DNA from: Nanobdellota archaeon
GTDB lineage: Archaea > Nanobdellota > Nanobdellia > SCGC-AAA011-G17 > JACPNG01
Direction of reading: 5' to 3'
Assembly: GCA_038046345.1 (NCBI GenBank)
Contig: JBBSWJ010000011.1
Span: 1-55,108 of the forward strand
DNA length: 55,108 nucleotides
Under the pieces are notes generated by a model. That model was given only the letters and a program-made list of their open reading frames with translations, was not told where the DNA came from and searched no databases. Below are positions 38,325 through 48,298 of this stretch, in pieces (positions within the stretch are counted from its first letter, which is position 1; every line of letters begins with the position of its first letter). A program made the position numbers and the translations under genes.

Positions 38325-39387
38325 GATAGCATTAAACCAGCTTGGGGAAAAACTAGTAGAACAAGCAAAGAAAGGAAAGAATCCAGAAATAATCTACCCA
38401 TTAAGAGGGCTAAGCAATGTTACATTCGATAAGAAAAGCAGAACTCTCAGGATGGGTAATAAAACAGCTTCAAGAAGTTTTTTTAATGTAGCTCACGCTA
38501 AGAAATTTTTACAAACAATTCTTGTTGCAGTGGTAAGCAAAGAACTTCTAAAACGCGAAAAGCACACTAATCTTCGTGACTTATATTACCAAATAAAAAG
38601 AACAATCCCTGGAACAAAAATAGAAACCGTGGAAGAACAAACTGAAACAGACAAAGCAATTGAAGATTTAGAAGTGATGACTGGATTTTCAAGGGAGCAA
38701 CTAAACATCAGCGCAGGAAAAAATGGAAGCGTCGCCGGAAAGGTAATCATTGAAGACAGAGGCGACACAATAGACTGGAGCAAAATGGGAAGCGGCGGAT
38801 GGAGTGTGCCATCAGTAGTAGAAGACATAAAATTCAAGAAAGTAAGTGCAAACTATATCCTCTACATGGAAAAAGAAGCAGTATGGGAACGACTACATGA
38901 GGATAAATTTTGGGAAAAAAATAAATGTGTTATAATCTCGTCAAAGGGACAAACTACAAGAGGGATTAGACGGTTATTACAAAGATTATCAGAAGAACAT
39001 AAAATACCAATTTATGTGCTAACAGATTTTGATCCGTGGGGATTTTATATTTATTCTGTAGTAAAATATGGAAGTATTGCATTAGCACACGCGTCAGAAA
39101 GACTGACTATCCCTGATGTTAGATTTTTAGGGATTACAGCAGATGACATAGAAAAATACAATTTAAATAAACATTTTATCAAATTAAAAGACACAGACAT
39201 AAACAGGATCAAACAAGTATCAGAATATGACTGGTTTAAAGACAATAAAGAATGGCAAAGACAATTAAAACTAATGAAACAATTTGGTGCAAAAGCAGAG
39301 ATACAAGCACTTAGCAGTAAGGGGATTAGTTTTATTTCTGAAACTTATCTACCTGAAAAAATAAAGAAAAAAGATTTTATTGATTAA
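38302..39387 (+). CDS. top6A: DNA topoisomerase VI subunit A
   Basis: LRDLYY catalytic Tyr, MEKEAV, KGQ toprim, TDFDPWG, KAEIQAL. Confidence 0.97.
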   Translation: MTTKKKSEIALNQLGEKLVEQAKKGKNPEIIYPLRGLSNVTFDKKSRTLRMGNKTASRSFFNVAHAKKFLQTILVAVVSKELLKREKHTNLRDLYYQIKRTIPGTKIETVEEQTETDKAIEDLEVMTGFSREQLNISAGKNGSVAGKVIIEDRGDTIDWSKMGSGGWSVPSVVEDIKFKKVSANYILYMEKEAVWERLHEDKFWEKNKCVIISSKGQTTRGIRRLLQRLSEEHKIPIYVLTDFDPWGFYIYSVVKYGSIALAHASERLTIPDVRFLGITADDIEKYNLNKHFIKLKDTDINRIKQVSEYDWFKDNKEWQRQLKLMKQFGAKAEIQALSSKGISFISETYLPEKIKKKDFID

Positions 39388-39489
39388 GACTGCGGTTCTA
39401 TAACAAAGTTGAAAACTTTTCAAAAACCTAGCAACAATTTAAAACATAGAAATCCTTTTAAATAATGTTTTAACGAGATACATATAGAT

Positions 39490-39562
39490 GCCTCTGTAGC
39501 TTAGCAGGTAGAGCGCGTGGCTGTTAACCACGAGGTCGCAAGTTCGAGTCTCGCCAGAGGCG
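39490..39562 (+). tRNA. tRNA-Asn(GTT)
   Basis: GCCTCTG/CAGAGGC, G73; anticodon arm CGTGG-CTGTTAA-CCACG; TTTAAATA box about 30 nt upstream. Confidence 0.95.
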
Positions 39563-39613
39563 TATTTTTATCTATAAAAAAACTTAAAAGTAAGTTAATA
39601 ACCACGAGGAGAG

Positions 39614-40726
39614 ATGAATACCCCAAAAAATTGCTCACCATACCTTTGGTATTATTGTTCAAGAGATAAAACAAAAATAAATTTTGATCTTTCTTCAAGC
39701 AGCGCTGAGTTAAATATTCCATTTCCAGTTGCTCATTTAGCTACTGACATTAAAAGAAGCGTACATGGCGGAGGATCAAAAGACCTTTTAAGAATAATTG
39801 GTGACCAGTATGGCCTACCGTCCGAACAAGTATACACTGTTGGCGGAGGCTGCTCAGCTGCGAATTACATTGTATTCTGCTCATTGTTAAAGCCAGGTGA
39901 TCATGTGCTTATAGAATCACCAACTTACGACCCGTTGTTTAGTATTCCTATGGATATGAATGGGATATCAACAGATTTCGTTCATAGATCTCCACAAGAT
40001 TATCAATTAGGCATAGAGGCTATAAACAAAAAATTAAAACGAAATACAAGACTAATTGTGCTAACCAACTTACACGCTCCGACATCTGTAAGACTAAACA
40101 ACCTTGACGAGATACTATATGCTATACAGGTTAGAAATAGAAAAAGAAAAAGAAAGACATACGTTATGGTTGATGAAGTTTACATGGATCTTGCTGATGA
40201 TATCACCCCGCCAGCAGCCACACTAAATGAGTGCGGTATAAGCACTAATGGTTTATCTAAATGCTACGGTTTAGAAGGGCTTCGCCACGGAGTTATACTC
40301 GCGGTTCCAGAAGTTATCAGCGATGTTAAAGCTTTTAACACCAAATGCTTCCCATCAAACTCAGCATCACTTGAAACTATAATCAAGGAGTTTTATTCCT
40401 TCCATAGAGTAAGAATACTTAAAGATATCAAAAGGTCACAACAAAAGCGATTTGAAATAGTAAACGAGTACTTAACTAATGCTGGAATTAAGTTTCAGAG
40501 ACCTAATGGCGGGTGCACTGTACTAATCCAATTAGCTTTGCAGGATGATACCACCTTTTCTAATGCACTTCTAGGCCAGACTAGAGTTGCTGTAACACCT
40601 GGACACCTTTTCAATGCGCCTGGAACAATAAGACTTGGTTATATGCAAGGAGCAAACCAGCACATGGAAGACGGGCTCAAAATGTTTTGTGAATTTTATA
40701 AATACTGGAGTGAAGAACAAGATTAA
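39614..40726 (+). CDS. PLP-dependent aminotransferase class I/II
   Basis: LTNLHAPT, VDEVY, NGLSKCYGLEGLRHG (PLP Lys), TPGHLF..TIRLGY. Confidence 0.88.
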   Translation: MNTPKNCSPYLWYYCSRDKTKINFDLSSSSAELNIPFPVAHLATDIKRSVHGGGSKDLLRIIGDQYGLPSEQVYTVGGGCSAANYIVFCSLLKPGDHVLIESPTYDPLFSIPMDMNGISTDFVHRSPQDYQLGIEAINKKLKRNTRLIVLTNLHAPTSVRLNNLDEILYAIQVRNRKRKRKTYVMVDEVYMDLADDITPPAATLNECGISTNGLSKCYGLEGLRHGVILAVPEVISDVKAFNTKCFPSNSASLETIIKEFYSFHRVRILKDIKRSQQKRFEIVNEYLTNAGIKFQRPNGGCTVLIQLALQDDTTFSNALLGQTRVAVTPGHLFNAPGTIRLGYMQGANQHMEDGLKMFCEFYKYWSEEQD

Positions 40727-41496
40727 TGATCTCACTAAAAGCAATTATATCCTCATTGCTAATAGGCTTTAACTTAATACATAACCCAACAGGATTAACC
40801 GCAGAACAAAGCTTTCAAATATTTACTGACGCATATAACAAACAGTTTAAAAAATGTGATCCAAGATTTGATGATTACCTACAACACCCAGACATACTTA
40901 AAAAAATATTATTTGAAGTATTAAATGAGAGAACACATACATACCGATTATTACACGGGCAAGAGTTATACACAGAACAACCATCTAATATTTTTCTTTT
41001 GAGCGATGACGAAATCAAACACTTAATCCCAATACTTAAAGCTATTCCAAAACGGGAGTTCATGGGAGTTATACAAGCTGCTAAAGTAGCTGATATATAC
41101 GACAAAAATACGGAATGGGGTGGAGAATTAGAATTTGATAAACAATGTGATGTAACAGTTAGATTCTCTCCAACAAGAAGTGAATTATCATTAGAGAAAG
41201 ACGGAGCATACTTACGTGCAAGCGATCTTTCAAAATTGCATATAGCTGCTTTTCACTTTCACAGAACGCGTCCATTTTCAGGGCCTAGCAGTACAGATTT
41301 AAGAGTGTGCGAGGGCCGTGTTAAAAAACAAGGATACTGTTACAACATGGTCATAACCCCATTAGAGCATGCAGTTCAAACAGGCGGAGAAGTTGAACCA
41401 AAAAGACATTTAAATTTTGATTTTTACAGCTTAGATTTAAACAACAGCAAACGTGGAGTGGTTGTAATAGATTTAGGAACTTATTTAAATCATTAG
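40726..41496 (+). CDS. Exported hypothetical protein with JAMM/JAB-like motif
   Basis: Hydrophobic N-terminus; EWGG then FHFH-x8-SSTD. Confidence 0.5.
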   Translation: MISLKAIISSLLIGFNLIHNPTGLTAEQSFQIFTDAYNKQFKKCDPRFDDYLQHPDILKKILFEVLNERTHTYRLLHGQELYTEQPSNIFLLSDDEIKHLIPILKAIPKREFMGVIQAAKVADIYDKNTEWGGELEFDKQCDVTVRFSPTRSELSLEKDGAYLRASDLSKLHIAAFHFHRTRPFSGPSSTDLRVCEGRVKKQGYCYNMVITPLEHAVQTGGEVEPKRHLNFDFYSLDLNNSKRGVVVIDLGTYLNH

Positions 41497-41511
41497 TTAA
41501 GCTGATTAGAA

Positions 41512-42417
41512 ATGAAACGTGTTGTGGTTATTGGCGGCGGAACAGGAAGCTTTACAGTGTTGCAAGGGCTCAAAGAACACGATATAGCTATAACTGCAGT
41601 TGTTAGCATGTTTGATTCTGGCGGCAGTACGGGGGTGTTAAAAGATGAATATGGAATCCTCCCACCGGGCGATATTAGAAGATGCTTGATAGCTTTGAGT
41701 GAAGAAAAAATACTTAGAGACCTTTTTATGTATCGGTTTGACAAAGGGAGTATTAAGGATCACTCATTTGGTAACTTGTTTCTTACAGCTTTAAAAGAAA
41801 TAACCAAAAGTGATGTTAAAGCTATAAAAAAAGCAGCCGAGATATTAAAGATCAAAGGAATAGTTTTGCCAGTTACTATCAATAAATCAACATTATGTGC
41901 AAAACTTGAAGATGGAACAGTCATTAAAGGAGAAAAAAATATTGATATCCCTAAGCATGATGGAAATATTAAAATTACAGACGTTTTTTTAGAACCTGAA
42001 GCTAAAATCTTTAAAGCAACAAAAAAGGCAATAGTAAATGCAGACTTGATTGTTATTGGGCCTGGCGATTTGTACACCTCAGTTGTTCCAAACTTACTGG
42101 TCAAGGGTGTTTGTGATGCCATTAGAAAAAATAAAGGAAAAAAAGTTTATGTATGCAATATAATGACGAAGTTTGGTGAGACTAATGGATATAAAGCTAG
42201 CAATCATTTAAAGGTTATTCAAAGATTTGTTGATGTCGACTATATTATTTGTAACACAGGTAAAAAAAGGAAGTTAAAAAAGTACGCGAAAGAAGGTTCT
42301 TTCCCAGTCGAGATAGATGCAGTTAATGTCAAAATGATAAACGGAAATTTTGTCAACCGCAGTGATTTAATAAGACATAACTCTAAAAAGTTAGCTAAAG
42401 CCCTAATAAGACTGTAA
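41512..42417 (+). CDS. YvcK/GlmR (UPF0052, CofD-related) family protein
   Basis: IGGGTG, DSGGSTG.L, PPGDIRRCL, HSFGNL, GPGDLYTSVVPNL, RHNSKKLA. Confidence 0.9.
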   Translation: MKRVVVIGGGTGSFTVLQGLKEHDIAITAVVSMFDSGGSTGVLKDEYGILPPGDIRRCLIALSEEKILRDLFMYRFDKGSIKDHSFGNLFLTALKEITKSDVKAIKKAAEILKIKGIVLPVTINKSTLCAKLEDGTVIKGEKNIDIPKHDGNIKITDVFLEPEAKIFKATKKAIVNADLIVIGPGDLYTSVVPNLLVKGVCDAIRKNKGKKVYVCNIMTKFGETNGYKASNHLKVIQRFVDVDYIICNTGKKRKLKKYAKEGSFPVEIDAVNVKMINGNFVNRSDLIRHNSKKLAKALIRL

Positions 42418-42451
42418 ACAAGTTTATATTTAGATGAGCTAAATCACATTC

Positions 42452-42793
42452 ATGGAAACCATTAAGGACTGGATACTTTTATTGAAACATGAAAAAAGAC
42501 CCATAATAGTTGAGGGTAAGAAAGATAAAAAGGCATTAGAATACTTTGAAATAAAGAATGTTATTACTCTTGATCGTCCATTATATGAGATTATAGAACT
42601 TGTATCTGATAATTTTGAAGAAGTTATTATCCTAACTGATTTGGACAAAGCCGGTAAAAAGATTTATTCAATATTATCAAGAGAGTTAGGAAAACGTGGT
42701 GTTCGAATAGAAGAAAAATATCGTAATTTTTTGTTTCAAAAAACACAGCTAACTCAAATAGAAGGTCTTGTAAGCTATGAAGCAAATAACTAA
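42452..42793 (+). CDS. Small Toprim-domain protein
   Basis: IIVEGKKDKKAL, IILTDLDKAG. Confidence 0.88.
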   Translation: METIKDWILLLKHEKRPIIVEGKKDKKALEYFEIKNVITLDRPLYEIIELVSDNFEEVIILTDLDKAGKKIYSILSRELGKRGVRIEEKYRNFLFQKTQLTQIEGLVSYEANN

Positions 42794-42818
42794 AAAAAAT
42801 CACCCCCTTTTATTTTAG

Positions 42819-43088
42819 TTATAAAATACTCTTGATGTGTTCAATGTGTTCAGCAACTCTATTACCCTCGTCGGTAAGTTTTATTACTTTAATGCGTCCT
42901 TGCTTTTCAAACCCAACGAGTTTTGCCTTTTCCATTTCCTGTAAAATTTTTACTGCATGAGAGTATGTACAGTCCACTTCTTTTGCTAATACACTTCCAT
43001 ATCTGAATCTAGTATTCTTTCTTAAAGCCATTAATATCATTGCCGGCTTTCTTCTAAAGAAAACTTCAAATATATCTTTTTTATCCAT
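42819..43088 (-). CDS. Winged-HTH transcriptional regulator
   Basis: YGSVLAKEVDCTYSHAVKIL..ME...LV.F.K.GRIK...LT..G. Confidence 0.85.
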   Translation of the reverse strand: MDKKDIFEVFFRRKPAMILMALRKNTRFRYGSVLAKEVDCTYSHAVKILQEMEKAKLVGFEKQGRIKVIKLTDEGNRVAEHIEHIKSIL

Positions 43089-43240
43089 TTACTCCCCCTA
43101 TCACCTAATTTTTTACTACAAGAAATGATATTTTGTAGCAGATATTTAAATGTTTGCTTCGCTAAATACATATCAAAACATACAAATTTCACTTAAAGGT
43201 AACATAATGTTTATAAACTAAACAAAGCTTTGCGAAGTTA

Positions 43241-44518
43241 ATGTTAGATCCTCATTTTGTACGGGAAAATCCAACCTTAGTTAAAAAAAATCTTTCAAAA
43301 AAATTCCAGGAATACAAAAATACTATAGTAGACGAATTCTTACAAAAAGACAAGGAATGGAGACAAATAAAAACTGAAGTAGACAAACTAAGAAATGAAA
43401 GAAACAAATTATCTTTGGACATTAACAATTTAAAAAAAGAAAAAAAATCACCAGATAAAATATTAACAAAAGTAAAAACGGTAGTAAACCTGTTAACAAA
43501 AAAAGAACGTCTTATGCATGAAGCAGAACAAACATCCCATAATCTGTTAAAGAAACTACCAAACACCATCCATGACTCCGTGCCCATTGGAAAAGACGAC
43601 ACAGAAAATCCAACAATAAAAGAACTTGGAAAAAAACCTAACTTTGATTTTCCCATAAAAAACCATGTAGAACTAGGAGAAGCACTACACATATTAGACT
43701 TTGACTCATCTGCAAAAACATCTGGTAATGGATTTTATTTTTTACACGGAAAACTGGCACACTTAAACAGAGCACTACTCCAATTTGCTGTAGACTTCAT
43801 GGAAAAAAAAGGGTATAATTACATAGAACCACCATTATTACTAAGAAAAGAAGTACTTGGAGCAGCAATAGACCTAGAAGAATTTGAAAAAACAATTTAC
43901 TCAATAGAAAAAGAAGATTTAGCCCTTATCGGGACAAGTGAACACTCTTTATTGGGTATGCACGCAGGACAAGTATTCCACCCAGAAGAACTACCAAAAA
44001 AATATTACTCATACTCCATGTGCTTCAGAAAAGAAAAAGGTGCGCATGGCATCAACGAAAAAGGGCTTTGGAGAACACATCAATTCAACAAAGTAGAACA
44101 GTTCATCTTTTGCAAACCAGAAGAATCATACCAAATGTATGATGAGCTGTTAGAAAATTCAGAGGAAATACTTCAACTACTAGACCTGCCATACAGAGTA
44201 ATAGAAATCTGCTCTGGAGATTTAGCAGCGTGGAAAACAAAAAGCGCCGATGTAGAAGTGTGGAGACCAACAATAAACGGTTATGGAGAAGTGATGTCGT
44301 TAAGCAATTGTACAGACTACCAAGCAAGGGACTTAAACATTAGATTTATAACAAACGATAACAAACAAATAGTCCACACCTTAAACAACACAGCATTAGC
44401 TACTTCGCGAATATTAGTAGCGATAATGGAAAACTACCAACAAAGAGACGGTAGCATACATATACCTAATATTCTACAAAAATATACAGGATTCAAAACT
44501 ATAGAAAGAGAAGCGTAA
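43241..44518 (+). CDS. serS: Seryl-tRNA synthetase
   Basis: N-terminal coiled arm, LIGTSEH, FRKEKG..G..GL.RTHQFNKVEQ, SNCTDYQAR, HTLN.TA. Confidence 0.97.
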   Translation: MLDPHFVRENPTLVKKNLSKKFQEYKNTIVDEFLQKDKEWRQIKTEVDKLRNERNKLSLDINNLKKEKKSPDKILTKVKTVVNLLTKKERLMHEAEQTSHNLLKKLPNTIHDSVPIGKDDTENPTIKELGKKPNFDFPIKNHVELGEALHILDFDSSAKTSGNGFYFLHGKLAHLNRALLQFAVDFMEKKGYNYIEPPLLLRKEVLGAAIDLEEFEKTIYSIEKEDLALIGTSEHSLLGMHAGQVFHPEELPKKYYSYSMCFRKEKGAHGINEKGLWRTHQFNKVEQFIFCKPEESYQMYDELLENSEEILQLLDLPYRVIEICSGDLAAWKTKSADVEVWRPTINGYGEVMSLSNCTDYQARDLNIRFITNDNKQIVHTLNNTALATSRILVAIMENYQQRDGSIHIPNILQKYTGFKTIEREA

Positions 44519-44549
44519 CTAATATTAATCTAATAAAAAGAAATGCAAT

Positions 44550-45941
44550 ATGAGCATAAGTCATAACTGTGGTTTTGCTGTAACACACAGCCTGCAAGAT
44601 GCATACAAAGCAGGATTAGCACTCCAACATAGAGGCAGAGAAGCCGCAGGAATTGTAGCCATAGGAGAAAAAATTGATGCACTAAAATGGATTGGTACAA
44701 TAGACGCGTTTAGCATTAAACAATTACATCAAATATTCCCCGGAACAAACTACCACACCTTTATGGTGCATGTAAGATATGCAACACGCGGAAGAAAAGA
44801 CAAACTACTAGAAGACGCACACCCCCATGTTATAGGTGGTACAATGCATCCTCGTGGTGATCACATAGCCATACTAAACTGCGATAAAGCAATAGTACAT
44901 AACGGACAAGTAGCCCCCGCTTATTTTAGTGACATTCCAAAAACAGATGTAAAAACAGAATGCGATACCGAGCTACTATTACATTACTATGCTAAATACG
45001 GAGAGAAAGCCATACTTCAAAACATACCTGGAGCTTACACCCTAGCAATAGCAGACAAATCACGTAATGATATAATAATACTAAGAGATAAAACTGGAAT
45101 AAGACCCGGAGTTCTTGGAATTAGCAGCGGGAAGTACAGCGTAGCTTCAGAAGATATTGTATTCCAAAGCGAAGAAGATTCCGTTGCAGAAAACCTTGAC
45201 CCCGGCGCAGTCTATTACCTAAGCCATTCAGGCAAATACAGAAAAGAACAAGTTGTGCAACCAGCTCTTTCACGTTGTTTTTTTGAATGGAACTATCTTG
45301 CAAATAAAAAAAGTATTATCAACAGAGTAAGTGTACTCCATCTTAGACGTGCACTGGGAAGAAAATGCGCAGAAGAATTTCATTTTGAAGCAGATTATGT
45401 AACTTATTTACCAGACTGCCCAAAAGATGCAGCAATGGCATATTCAGATAAATGTAACATCCCATTTATGATTACCATGTACAAAAAAAATCAAGAACGT
45501 TCATTCCTTGGTTCAACACAGGAAGAAAGACAAAATTCAATACAAAAAAACTTACACTTAATACCTAATATCAAAACAAAAATACAAGGAAAGAGAATAA
45601 TCCTTATAGATGACAGTGAGATAAGAGGAACAAATGCTGAAAGAGCAACGCACCTATTAAAAGAAGAAGCAGGAGTTAAAGAAGTGATCTTAATTAATTA
45701 CACCCCAATGGTTGGAATCATAGGAGATGACGGCCAAGAACGATACTGTGACAATGGAGTAGACATTCCCAAGGGAGATAAATTCATTGCGAAGGGTAGG
45801 ACACAAGAAGAAATAAGTAAACTCCAGGGGATACCAACTTATTTCCTTTCAGTTGCAGGTATGCTTCAAACATTTGAAAGTATGGGACTACCAAAGCACA
45901 CACTCTGTACTTTTTGCATAGGCGGGAAAAAACCATTTTAA
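44550..45941 (+). CDS. purF: Amidophosphoribosyltransferase-like protein
   Basis: Ntn CG near N-terminus, LQHRGREAAG, HVRYAT, HNGQ, DCELL-like DTELL, CFFEW.Y, RSF, DDSEIRG, C-terminal CTFC. Confidence 0.85.
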   Translation: MSISHNCGFAVTHSLQDAYKAGLALQHRGREAAGIVAIGEKIDALKWIGTIDAFSIKQLHQIFPGTNYHTFMVHVRYATRGRKDKLLEDAHPHVIGGTMHPRGDHIAILNCDKAIVHNGQVAPAYFSDIPKTDVKTECDTELLLHYYAKYGEKAILQNIPGAYTLAIADKSRNDIIILRDKTGIRPGVLGISSGKYSVASEDIVFQSEEDSVAENLDPGAVYYLSHSGKYRKEQVVQPALSRCFFEWNYLANKKSIINRVSVLHLRRALGRKCAEEFHFEADYVTYLPDCPKDAAMAYSDKCNIPFMITMYKKNQERSFLGSTQEERQNSIQKNLHLIPNIKTKIQGKRIILIDDSEIRGTNAERATHLLKEEAGVKEVILINYTPMVGIIGDDGQERYCDNGVDIPKGDKFIAKGRTQEEISKLQGIPTYFLSVAGMLQTFESMGLPKHTLCTFCIGGKKPF

Positions 45942-45993
45942 ATCTGTTAAACATTAGAAACACTTATAACATAATACACCACGATTTTCTAAT

Positions 45994-46068
45994 GGGCCCG
46001 TAGCTTAACCTGGCTAGAGCATTCGGCTCTTAACCGAAAGGTCGTGGGTTCAAATCCCTCCGGGCTCA
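45994..46068 (+). tRNA. tRNA-Lys(CTT)
   Basis: GGGCCCG/CGGGCTC, A73; anticodon arm TTCGG-CTCTTAA-CCGAA. Confidence 0.93.
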
Positions 46069-46116
46069 TGTTAACATAAGCTTTATATCACTTACCCCTC
46101 ATAACAAATTAAGCTT

Positions 46117-47040
46117 ATGAAACTTAGTTTTATAGGTGAAGGTGGAAAAATACGAGGAGCCTACATTCTTGGGGTGATTGAAGCATTAGAATGGCTAGGC
46201 TTAAAATACGTAGACTTCCTGACCGGATCTTCATCTGGAATTGCAAACCTTGCTTATGTAGCTTCTGGGCAACTTAATATAGGTAGACAAGTGTGGCCAG
46301 TTGAGATACCAAATCTTAAATTTATAGGCATAAAAAATTTATTTGCTGGAAAACCGTTTCTGGACCTTGATCAACTTATTGAAAAAATATTTAAAGGTAG
46401 GTTTGGGCTTGATGTGGAGGCATTAAAACGCTCACCAATGAAGCTAGTAATTCCTGTTACATCAGCTGAAACTGGCAAGCCAAGATATATTGACTCACAG
46501 AGAGACCTTGATAAGGTTGACATCTTTGAAGTATTAAAAGCAGCAATGGCAGTGCCCTTCTTATACGGCAGAACAGTCAGACTAGATGACGGAGAATACT
46601 TTGATGGTGCAGTAAGTGATCCTTTTCCAATAGATTATGGAGAAATAGCTAACTCCAGAAAAATTATAGCTATGACACAACCAGAAGATTACCATACCCC
46701 ATATCTTGAGCAAAAAATTGCTAAGGTACTCAAAAGAAGATTACCCCCAGGAGTATATGAAGGGCTTCAAGCAAGACCAGACGTAGTTAGAAAAAGACAA
46801 CGGGAGATAAAAGAACGAGAAAGAAATGGTGAAGCACATGTTATAAGACCAAGTTTCAAACTTTCTTCACTAAAAGCTACACGAAGAAATATTGAGGCTA
46901 TAACAAGAGCAGGTATAAATGATACATTAGGGCATGAAGGGTTACTAAGTTTTTTGAAGGAACTAAGCACTACAGATTATGGGGTAAAATATTTTCATAA
47001 CCCTCCATTAAAGTGCACCAGTGATGAACTAATGGTCTGA
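46117..47040 (+). CDS. Patatin-like phospholipase
   Basis: GEGGKIRG oxyanion motif, GSSSG nucleophile elbow, FDGA catalytic Asp. Confidence 0.88.
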   Translation: MKLSFIGEGGKIRGAYILGVIEALEWLGLKYVDFLTGSSSGIANLAYVASGQLNIGRQVWPVEIPNLKFIGIKNLFAGKPFLDLDQLIEKIFKGRFGLDVEALKRSPMKLVIPVTSAETGKPRYIDSQRDLDKVDIFEVLKAAMAVPFLYGRTVRLDDGEYFDGAVSDPFPIDYGEIANSRKIIAMTQPEDYHTPYLEQKIAKVLKRRLPPGVYEGLQARPDVVRKRQREIKERERNGEAHVIRPSFKLSSLKATRRNIEAITRAGINDTLGHEGLLSFLKELSTTDYGVKYFHNPPLKCTSDELMV

Positions 47041-47586
47041 CCTGCGCTCTAATCTAGATATATGCTCCTCCCTCTTTTTTTCAATGTCTTGCTTTAACCT
47101 TAAAGGCCTTCTAACACTCTTGAAGATAATTGTATCTTTAGCACCAACAACATCAAGCATAAGATCAGCATATCTTAAAATTCTACCAAGCTCATTTTCC
47201 TTTAGTTGAACAACCTTAATGTCAGCATAGTTTACACTGATAACATCTCTTGCAATAAACCCCGTGGTAAGAATAATCGTATGATCAGTAAGTATAACTT
47301 TCTTTTTTTGGTATGCTACCTCTGAAATAAGAAGCCCGTCAAGCAATATAAAACCTGCAATAAGCAAGATATTACCTTTAAGATAGACAAAAACAGGAAA
47401 AGCTAAAGCGAAGATAAAATAATAATGTATGTGGGCCCTCCTTGGAGAATATGTAACATAGAATATCTTCTCATTCACAGCTTTAAACTGGTTAACCTCA
47501 CGTCTACCTAAATATAACCCTATTAATAGGAGCAGCATACTCCCAAGCCCGATAACTAGGATAATTGATGCGTCATCTAGGCTCAT
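47029..47586 (-). CDS. Membrane protein with bacterial PH (bPH_2-like) domain
   Basis: 3 TM segments then ILTD..I...TGFI......V.Y.DI..V......GRIL.Y.DL. Confidence 0.7.
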   Translation of the reverse strand: MSLDDASIILVIGLGSMLLLLIGLYLGRREVNQFKAVNEKIFYVTYSPRRAHIHYYFIFALAFPVFVYLKGNILLIAGFILLDGLLISEVAYQKKKVILTDHTIILTTGFIARDVISVNYADIKVVQLKENELGRILRYADLMLDVVGAKDTIIFKSVRRPLRLKQDIEKKREEHISRLERRSDH

Positions 47587-47668
47587 CCTTTATAATCATG
47601 GTTCATGCCTTTTATACCTTCCGATCAACCACCCAAAAGTTTTTATATAATTTTCACAAATCAAATGC

Positions 47669-48298
47669 ATGAAACGCCTCGCAGTGCTAATTGTCATAAT
47701 GATCCTGTCAGCATGCTCATCGATAGAAGTTGACTCAAAAGCAAAGATCATTGAACCACAAGCATATGACATACCTGAAGAAAACGAAACTATCCAAGAA
47801 GAACCAAGCCTACCAACCGATCAGTACAAAATGCATGAAGGAGACAAGATAACAATTAATGATCATGGTTTACGGCTAATTAATATAAACAATGATGGTG
47901 AAGTACTATTCGAAGTTGACGGAATTCCATGGGTAGTTTACGCATCTAAACACAAAGAGATATACAGGGGAATAGAAATAACAATAATTAGAATAAACTA
48001 TGACTCAATCAATAAAAAAAATAATTACGCAATTGTTGAATCAAAAAAATATATAACCCCAAAGGGTCAGTACTTATTGCAAATAGATGAGACATCCAAT
48101 ATCTTCGGAGTTAATTTTACATTAACCAGCGTTGAACCATCAGAAAAAATTATGCTCAATGTTGGGAATAATACCAAGAATAAACTCAAAGAAAAAGAGT
48201 CTAAGCTCATAGAAAATTTTAACGTTACAAACATAGATGCATTTCCAAGACCACCAAGGTTTGAGAATTATGCAATAATAGGGATTCAACCAAGATAA
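47669..48298 (+). CDS. Lipoprotein with two beta-rich repeats
   Basis: Lipobox LSAC; two similar S-layer-like beta modules. Confidence 0.7.
   Translation: MKRLAVLIVIMILSACSSIEVDSKAKIIEPQAYDIPEENETIQEEPSLPTDQYKMHEGDKITINDHGLRLININNDGEVLFEVDGIPWVVYASKHKEIYRGIEITIIRINYDSINKKNNYAIVESKKYITPKGQYLLQIDETSNIFGVNFTLTSVEPSEKIMLNVGNNTKNKLKEKESKLIENFNVTNIDAFPRPPRFENYAIIGIQPR

Noticed and set aside
46117-47586. Patatin as a CBASS/defence effector
   Set aside because: No CD-NTase or other defence gene is adjacent; looks like a stand-alone phospholipase.
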